A DNA stretch of 64,000 nucleotides from a virus (Duplodnaviria; Caudoviricetes): positions 1 through 64,000 of IMG/VR virus record IMGVR_UViG_2791355159_000004; one strand, 5' to 3'. Position numbers and translations under genes: made by a program. The notes beneath the pieces are model-generated. The model was not told the DNA's origin. It worked only from the letters and a program-made list of their open reading frames with translations, and searched no databases. Shown here piece after piece: positions 57,600 through 64,000 of the stretch (positions within the stretch are counted from its first letter, which is position 1; each line of letters opens with the position of its first letter).

Positions 57600-57937
57600 G
57601 AGCAGGACCCATGCGTTACCGCGTGACGTTGCAGAAACCCGCATCCGGGCGCCTTCCATCTGGTCAGCCGGCAATCGGCTGGACGGATGTGAAAAGCATT
57701 CGCGCAGCCATCTCTGATGTCTCAGGCCGTGAGTTGCTTAATTCAGGCGCTGAGTTATCCGGGACCACGTCCCGCATATGGTTGCGTCGTATTGCGGGCA
57801 TCACGATCACATCGGGTTGGCGGCTTGTGCATAATCCGCCAACGGGAGAAGGTGAGGTTTACGACATTAAATCAGTCACGCGTGCCGAGAACGGCGCCCG
57901 GCTTGAGCTGATGTGCGAAAGGGGGGTTAAGCAGTGA
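57596..57937 (+). CDS. head closure protein
   Basis: MRAGPMRYRVTLQ...VSGRE. Confidence 0.88.
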   Translation: MRAGPMRYRVTLQKPASGRLPSGQPAIGWTDVKSIRAAISDVSGRELLNSGAELSGTTSRIWLRRIAGITITSGWRLVHNPPTGEGEVYDIKSVTRAENGARLELMCERGVKQ

Positions 57938-58383
57938 TTTCGACAAATCTGGATTTTTCCGGGCTAAACGATATTGCAAAGGACCTTGAAGCGCTCAGTA
58001 AGGCGGAAAACAACAAGGTATTGCGGGACGCCACGCGGGCAGGGGCTGAGGTATTGAAAGAGGAAGTTATTGCCAAAGCGCCAGTCAGAACCGGGAAGCT
58101 CAAGCGAAACGTAGTCGTTATGACGCAGAAGGCGCGCAGGCGCGGTGATATCTCTTCCGGCGTCCATATCCGAGGCGTTAATCCCGCAACGGGGAACAGC
58201 GATAAATCAATGAAAGCAGGCGATCCTAAAAATGCTTTCTACTGGCGATTTGTTGAAATGGGGACGTCAAAAATGCCCGCGCACCCCTTTGTCCGCCCCG
58301 CTTTTGACGTCCGGCAGGAAGAGGCGACGCAGGCTGCGCTGGCGCGAATGAATCAGGCGATAGATGAGGTTTTGTCAAAATGA
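57934..58383 (+). CDS. HK97 gp10-family protein
   Basis: APVRTGKL and YWRFVE.GTSKM.A.PF.RPA. Confidence 0.9.
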   Translation: MISTNLDFSGLNDIAKDLEALSKAENNKVLRDATRAGAEVLKEEVIAKAPVRTGKLKRNVVVMTQKARRRGDISSGVHIRGVNPATGNSDKSMKAGDPKNAFYWRFVEMGTSKMPAHPFVRPAFDVRQEEATQAALARMNQAIDEVLSK

Positions 58384-58709
58384 CAGAAGCCGATGTTTAC
58401 CCATTGATTAGCGATGTTGCTGGCGGGAACGTGTTTCCGTATGTCGCACCATCGGGAACGGCCGCGCCCTGGGTTGTATTCCTCTTTCCATCAGGAGTGG
58501 CCAGTGACGTGTTCTGTGGGCAGGCCGAAACAGCCAGCACGTTACAGATAGATGCCTGGGCGCAGTCCATTGATGAAGCGCGAACCCTGCGATCCCAAAT
58601 ACGCGCAGCGCTCGCGCCGCTTAACTCCGTCTCTCTCAATGAAATGAATGATTTCGAGCCTGATACGGCCCTTTACCGGGCAACGCTTGAAGTTCAGCTC
58701 TGGGATTAA
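58380..58709 (+). CDS. tail terminator (DUF3168)
   Basis: VFPYVAP and QIDAWA. Confidence 0.85.
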   Translation: MTEADVYPLISDVAGGNVFPYVAPSGTAAPWVVFLFPSGVASDVFCGQAETASTLQIDAWAQSIDEARTLRSQIRAALAPLNSVSLNEMNDFEPDTALYRATLEVQLWD

Positions 58710-58755
58710 CCCCTGATGCCGCCTCCGGGCGGTTTTTTATTATCTGGAGATCACC

Positions 58756-59211
58756 ATGTCCTCAAAGTACGAAAAGACGCAGGGAACGAAGATTAACGTC
58801 TCTGCTGATGCAGCGACCGAAGCAAACCCGACCGGCGCAACCTGGCAAAGTATCAACTGCTCAACGAAAGAGCTGGGCTATACGGGCGGGCAAAAATCTG
58901 ACATCGAAACGACCACGCTTTGCTCTACCGAGCAGGAGATGACGAACGGTCTGGCTGCGCCGGGCGAGGTCACCATTTCCGGTAACTGGTCGGCAGATGA
59001 AGAGGGACAAAACACCCTCCGAACCGCTTATGACACGGATGCGTTACACGCCTTTCAGGTCATCTTCCCGTCTGGTAACGGCTATGCCTTCCTGGCTGAA
59101 GTGCGCCAGAACAGCTGGAGTATCTCAACGGCTGGAGTGGTAACGGCATCCTTTACGCTTCGCGTCAAAGGCAAGCCCGTCCCGATCATACCGGCACCGG
59201 CTGCAGGCTAA
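58756..59211 (+). CDS. major tail tube protein
   Basis: GGQKSDI..TTLCS.EQE..NGL. Confidence 0.88.
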   Translation: MSSKYEKTQGTKINVSADAATEANPTGATWQSINCSTKELGYTGGQKSDIETTTLCSTEQEMTNGLAAPGEVTISGNWSADEEGQNTLRTAYDTDALHAFQVIFPSGNGYAFLAEVRQNSWSISTAGVVTASFTLRVKGKPVPIIPAPAAG

Positions 59212-59258
59212 TAACAGCGGCGAAAGCCGCTTTTCCTGAATGAAACAGAGAAAATGAA

Positions 59259-59651
59259 ATGGCAAAAACGGCATCACAGAATAACTTACGCGCGCTGGCG
59301 CTGGCCCCGATGGCAGGGTTTCGAAGCAAGGTTATTTCCGTCCCGGAATGGGAGAATGCAAAAGTAAAACTGCGAGAGCCTTCAGGTCAGGCCTGGCTTG
59401 AATGGCAGCAGATTATTAATCCTAATCCTGAAGGCGAGCCAGAAAAACTGACCGCTGCAGAGCGCGCGCTGCGAAATAAAAACGCAGATGTAGTGCTGTT
59501 TATCGACGTGCTGCTGAATGAAAACGATACACCCGTTTTCAAAGCCGAAGACAAGCCGCTTGTCGAAAACATTTATGGGCCGGTCCATGCCCGACTGCTC
59601 AAGCAAGCGCTCGATCTGAGCACGTCACAGGCTGACGCAGAGGCAAAGTAA
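59259..59651 (+). CDS. tail assembly chaperone G
   Basis: VPEW...KV.LREPS...YGPVH.RLL. Confidence 0.85.
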   Translation: MAKTASQNNLRALALAPMAGFRSKVISVPEWENAKVKLREPSGQAWLEWQQIINPNPEGEPEKLTAAERALRNKNADVVLFIDVLLNENDTPVFKAEDKPLVENIYGPVHARLLKQALDLSTSQADAEAK

Positions 59652-59944
59652 GACAGCCCGGCACATTTTTCCTGATGACTCTGGCGCTTCGTCTTGGGCG
59701 CACTTTGCATGAGCTTAAATCATCACTCACAGCCAGCGAACTGCGCATGTGGATCGAGTATGACCGCCTTAATCCTGTCAGCGATCGGCGTGGGGACATA
59801 CAGGCGGCTCAGATTGCTACAGCCGTTCTGAATTCACAGGGCGCAAAAGTGAAAATGGAAGATGTGCTGCTTCAGTGGCAGGAACCTGATCCGGTTGAGG
59901 AATCCAGCGGGCTGGAAGATTTCTTTGCTGCGCTTGCCGGATAG
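59645..59944 (+). CDS. tail chaperone GT frameshift extension
   Basis: The -1 frame is open from G GCA AAG (59642-59648) into LALRLGRTL.EL. Confidence 0.75.
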   Translation, partial: KVRQPGTFFLMTLALRLGRTLHELKSSLTASELRMWIEYDRLNPVSDRRGDIQAAQIATAVLNSQGAKVKMEDVLLQWQEPDPVEESSGLEDFFAALAG

Positions 59945-59966
59945 CGCAGCCCTTAAAGGGTGACTT

Positions 59967-62900
59967 ATGGCTACGCTGCGTGAACTTATCATTAAAATTT
60001 CGGCGAACTCCACTTCATTCCAGTCCGAAATTGCGCGAGCGTCGCGCATGGGGTCTGATTATTACAAAACCATGGAGCAGGGCGGGCGAAAAGCCTCAGC
60101 TGCCACGCGAGAAACTCAGCGTGCTTTGGCTGATCTCAATTCTCAGCTGTCGTCAGTTCGTGAGCGTGCCGCAGGTATGGCTGGGGCATTTGCCGGCGCT
60201 TTTGCGACCAGCCAGCTGGTCCACTATGCCGATACATGGAACCAGCTAAGCGGTCGCCTGCGACTTGCCTCTACCTCCGCAGAGGATTTCACCCGATCGC
60301 AGCAGACTCTGATGTCTATCAGCCAGCGCACCGGAACGTCATTCGAGGCGAACGCGAATCTGTACAGCCGCATTGCCTCATCTCTGCGGGACGCCGGCTA
60401 TGCATCGGCTGACGTCGCCAAAGTTACAGAGACCGTGGCCACCTCGCTTAAGCTGTCAGGCGCGAGCACCGAGGAGGCCAGTTCCGTTATTACCCAGCTG
60501 AGCCAGGCGCTGGGTTCAGGCGTGCTGCGCGGTGAGGAATTCAACGCCATTATGGAAAGTGGTGGCAGGCTGGCTAAGTTCCTTGCGGATGGTCTGGGAA
60601 CCACCATTGGCGGCCTGCGTAACATGGCAAACAACGGCGAGCTGACCACAGATAAGATCGTGCCGCTCCTGACCAATGTCGACCAGTTGCGGAAAGAGTT
60701 CGATACGCTGCCAGCTTCAATCAGCGGCTCTGCGCAGAAAGTAGAAAACGCATTCATGGCATGGGTGGGTGGCGCTAACAACGCCGTCGGAGCCTCGTCA
60801 TCCCTTTCAGGCGTGCTCGATGGCCTGGCAAAGAACATCGACACGGTGGCGAACGCTGCTGGCGTGCTGGTCGGGCTGGGTGTCGCCCGCTATTTCGGCA
60901 ACATGGTCACTGGTGTTGCCAGCGCCACGGCCTCTGTCATTTCCAATACTGCTGCGGAGGTAGCTCTTGCAGAAGCCCAGTTGCGCGGTACTCAGGTAAG
61001 CGTCGCAACAGCCAGGCAGGCCGTATATCGTGCTCAGCAGGCACGTTCAGCAGCCGCTGGCATTGAGGCGCAGATTGCAGCTGAGCGTCAGCTTGCTGTC
61101 GCTCAGGCACAGTTGAACACCTCAATTACGGCCCGCTCATCTGCAGCCGGACGACTTACCGAAACAGCCTCCGTAATGTCCCGCCTTGGCAGTGGGGTTC
61201 TGGGTCTGCTCGGTGGATGGCCAGGCGTGATTATTGCCGCTGGCACGGCTATGTACGGGGTATATCAGCATACGCAGCAGGTACACCAGGAGGCAGTCGC
61301 ATTCTCTGACAATCTGGACGCTATCAACAGCAAGCTCAACCAGATGTCAGTCGCCGGATTACGTTCTACGTCAGCAGATGCGCGCGGTTCGCTGACAGCG
61401 CAGAAAAAAGACCTTGCCGATATTGATGAGCAAATCCGACAAACACGCGACAGTCTCGCAGCCATGCAGAGCATGGAAAAGCAGTATGACGAGCATCCCT
61501 GGCTGGCTCGAATTAACAACCTCATGTCAGTCGAGGAGCTTACCAAAAGGCAGCAGGATGCTACCGATCAGCTTAATAAGCTGGAATATCAGCGAGAGCA
61601 GGCTGCGTCAAAGGTCGAAGCAACTCAGAAGCTGGTGAATGATGCCAGCGATCTTGCTACTAAAAAGGCCATTGAGCAGGCCGGCGCCGTAGCGATTCTG
61701 AAAGGTGCTTATGATCTGCTGAATCGCTCAATGAGTGCCATGGGTGGCGCCACGCCTCCGCAGTATGCAGGCCCGGTTGTATCACTGGCTAAAGCCACGC
61801 CTCAGCAGTCTACGGCGCTGGAAAAAGCCCGGCGCGATAACGAGCTGGCAAGCCTGTCCGGTTTGCAGAAACTGCATCGGCAGTATGAATATGAAGCCGA
61901 CGATTTAAAGCTTACTGGCGCGCTCTATACGCAGTACGTTTACAACAAGGACCAGGCTGCTAAAAAGGATGCTGAAGCAGCGCAGGCAAAAAAAGATGGC
62001 ACTGCGGCCACCAATGCGCAGAACAAGGCTGAGCGAGAGGCGGCTTCTGTTGCTGAACAGTACGCGCGGAAAATGGCCGATCTCAGCGTGGCGGTGGAAG
62101 TGCAAAAGGTTCGCGCTACCGAGGGAGAAAAGGCGTCTGAGCTTTATGCCGCCTCACATCAGGCCGGAACCAAATGGACTGATGAGCAGCGCCAGGCAAT
62201 CAGGGCATCATCAACTGAACTGGAGAAGTGGACCCAGAAAGCTGATGAAAATGTTCGAAAGCAGCGCGAGCAAATTGAGGCGCTGAAAGACCTGCGTGAC
62301 GCGGCTCGTAAGTATCAGGATGATGCAGCCATGATCTCATCCACTGCAGGGATGGGGGACCGCCAGAGGGAGCGCTTCACCGAGCAGCAGCAGGTAGATC
62401 GTGTGTTTGATAAAACTGATAAGGGCGCAGATGCCGTGGCGGCCAGAACAGCAGCACTCGATGCTCTGGACAGGAAATATCAGGAAACAGCCGCTACCGA
62501 AGCCAACTGGCTTAACGGCGTCTCTCGTGGTTATGAAAACTGGCTTGCCAATACCAGTAACGTTGCTGGCACGGTTTCGCAGGGCATTACTTCTACCATG
62601 GATAGCGCGCTAGATAACATGTCTGCAATGCTGGTGGGTAGCAAAGCCGACTGGAAGAGCTGGGGGCTGTCTGTTCTCCAGATGATTTCGAAAGTTGCGC
62701 TGCAAATGGCAATCGTAAATGCCATGGGCAGCAGTGGCTCATCTTTCGGGAGCATTCTCGGGTCGGTTTTCAGCAGTTTCGGTGGCGCAGCTGCGGGGGC
62801 TGCGGGCGGAACGACCGGTGCTATGGGTATGTCAACGAGCTATGCCGCTTATGATGATGGCGGATATACGGGGCCGGGTGGTAAACACGATCCTGCCGGC

Positions 62901-63239
62901 ATCGTCCACAAAGGTGAGTTTGTTTTCACCAAAGAGGCAACGCAGCGGATTGGCGTATCGAACCTATATGACATGATGCGGGGGTACGCTACTGGCGGCT
63001 ACGTGGGTAATCCCGCCCAGCCCATCTATTCATCTGGCGTTAACCGCGCTACAGGAAGCGGTAACACGGTCATTCAGGTTAATGCTCCCGTCAGCATAGT
63101 TCAGGATGGCGGGTCTGGTGATGCGTCTTCTGCCGGCACCGCTAACGCGGCCAATCAGCTTAAATCCATCGTTCAGACCACAATCACAGAGCGCCTGAGG
63201 AAAGAGATGTCTCCCGGTGGCGTCCTGTATCGCGCATAA
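59967..63239 (+). CDS. tape measure protein
   Basis: 1090 aa; QLSQALGSGVLRGEEFN and PAGIVHKGEFV. Confidence 0.93.
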   Translation: MATLRELIIKISANSTSFQSEIARASRMGSDYYKTMEQGGRKASAATRETQRALADLNSQLSSVRERAAGMAGAFAGAFATSQLVHYADTWNQLSGRLRLASTSAEDFTRSQQTLMSISQRTGTSFEANANLYSRIASSLRDAGYASADVAKVTETVATSLKLSGASTEEASSVITQLSQALGSGVLRGEEFNAIMESGGRLAKFLADGLGTTIGGLRNMANNGELTTDKIVPLLTNVDQLRKEFDTLPASISGSAQKVENAFMAWVGGANNAVGASSSLSGVLDGLAKNIDTVANAAGVLVGLGVARYFGNMVTGVASATASVISNTAAEVALAEAQLRGTQVSVATARQAVYRAQQARSAAAGIEAQIAAERQLAVAQAQLNTSITARSSAAGRLTETASVMSRLGSGVLGLLGGWPGVIIAAGTAMYGVYQHTQQVHQEAVAFSDNLDAINSKLNQMSVAGLRSTSADARGSLTAQKKDLADIDEQIRQTRDSLAAMQSMEKQYDEHPWLARINNLMSVEELTKRQQDATDQLNKLEYQREQAASKVEATQKLVNDASDLATKKAIEQAGAVAILKGAYDLLNRSMSAMGGATPPQYAGPVVSLAKATPQQSTALEKARRDNELASLSGLQKLHRQYEYEADDLKLTGALYTQYVYNKDQAAKKDAEAAQAKKDGTAATNAQNKAEREAASVAEQYARKMADLSVAVEVQKVRATEGEKASELYAASHQAGTKWTDEQRQAIRASSTELEKWTQKADENVRKQREQIEALKDLRDAARKYQDDAAMISSTAGMGDRQRERFTEQQQVDRVFDKTDKGADAVAARTAALDALDRKYQETAATEANWLNGVSRGYENWLANTSNVAGTVSQGITSTMDSALDNMSAMLVGSKADWKSWGLSVLQMISKVALQMAIVNAMGSSGSSFGSILGSVFSSFGGAAAGAAGGTTGAMGMSTSYAAYDDGGYTGPGGKHDPAGIVHKGEFVFTKEATQRIGVSNLYDMMRGYATGGYVGNPAQPIYSSGVNRATGSGNTVIQVNAPVSIVQDGGSGDASSAGTANAANQLKSIVQTTITERLRKEMSPGGVLYRA

Positions 63240-63251
63240 GGTGACGGAAAC

Positions 63252-63593
63252 ATGGCTATTGATACATTCACCTGGTGTGCCAGAACTGAAGCAAGTGAGC
63301 AGCTGAACGTTTCCACGATTCAGGCGCAATTCGGTGACGGCTACAAACAAATCGCCGGTAAGGGAATCAACGAGGCATCAGAGAGCTGGTCCCTTGCCTG
63401 CAACGGAAGACTGGCCGCCATGGCCTCTGTGAGAGCTTTTCTCAAAAGCCATGTGACCACCTCTTTCTGGTGGACTAACCCATGGGGTGAAAAAAAGCTG
63501 TATCGGGTGAAATCAGACTCGATCAATCCCAAGTTCGTCAATGGGGACTTCGCGGAAATTTCTTTCACGTTTGAACAGGCATTTGCACCGTGA
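63252..63593 (+). CDS. minor tail protein M-like
   Basis: QFGDGYKQ...GIN...F.WTNP.G. Confidence 0.88.
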   Translation: MAIDTFTWCARTEASEQLNVSTIQAQFGDGYKQIAGKGINEASESWSLACNGRLAAMASVRAFLKSHVTTSFWWTNPWGEKKLYRVKSDSINPKFVNGDFAEISFTFEQAFAP

Positions 63594-63642
63594 CAGGTCA
63601 CGAACCAACAGGCGCTCCGGCGCCTTTTTTTATGGGTGAAAT

Positions 63643-64000
63643 ATGAGCTTTACTCAGGATGTTCAGGCGCTGGAGCCGGGCCAGCTGGTGCAGATGATTG
63701 AGATCGACGGGACAGAATTCGGCCTTGACACCATTCTGCGATTCCATGCTTACAACCTTCCCACAGAAGGCTGGGCATCATTTGCCGCGGATAATTTGCC
63801 GTCCATCATTTGGCAGGGAAATGAGTTCGACCCGCACCCCTACGAGCTGACAGGACTGGAAATGAGCAGCTCAGGCTCACAGCCCACGCCTAAGCTTTCA
63901 GTCGGTAACGTTGGCAATTACGTTACGGCGCTTTGCCTGCAGTACCAAGACATGGTGAAGGCGAAGGTAAGGATTCATACCACGCTTGCAAAATACCTCG
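63643..64000 (+). CDS. minor tail protein L-like (5' part, runs off window)
   Basis: MSFTQDVQALEPGQLVQMIEIDGT...IIWQGNE. Confidence 0.82.
   Translation, partial: MSFTQDVQALEPGQLVQMIEIDGTEFGLDTILRFHAYNLPTEGWASFAADNLPSIIWQGNEFDPHPYELTGLEMSSSGSQPTPKLSVGNVGNYVTALCLQYQDMVKAKVRIHTTLAKYL

Larger units (their letters stand above)
31279..64000. mobile_element. right prophage (HK97-type head, lambda-like immunity), continues beyond window
   Basis: Gene order int, xis, early-left, cI, cro, replication, Q, lysis, HNH, head, tail. Confidence 0.9.

Overview
Two lambdoid (siphovirus-type) prophages lie back to back on either side of a tRNA-Arg(CCT) gene (argW-type, 31054-31128), in what looks like an enterobacterial host. 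The left element (1-~31050) appears partly decayed. It has a pseudogenised lambda-P replication gene, AT-rich cargo, Q, a broken extra integrase, a P1-Lyz-type lysis cassette, a lambda-like cos, a ClpP-capsid fusion head and a lambda-like tail, and it ends in an IntS-type integrase. The right element (~31280-64000, running off the window) has int/xis, a near-lambda CI/Cro/OR/OL immunity switch, replication genes, a ycgZ-ymgA-ariR-like cluster, Q, a 21-type lysis cassette and an HK97-type head and tail. The main candidates for new biology are five. (1) An array of six tandem non-coding units in the rexAB slot, each ending in a related terminator and several with different promoter types (sigma28, sigmaS-like, RcsB box), consistent with a phage small-RNA or sRNA-sponge cassette array. 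(2) A translationally coupled 238-aa + PIN-nuclease pair found in both prophages. (3) A related-looking partner gene paired with an AbiC-like membrane protein. (4) A possible loop-loop RNA circuit (CUGCAAA versus UUGCAG). (5) A TGT/DpdA-like enzyme. All family assignments come from motif recognition by eye; no searches were run.
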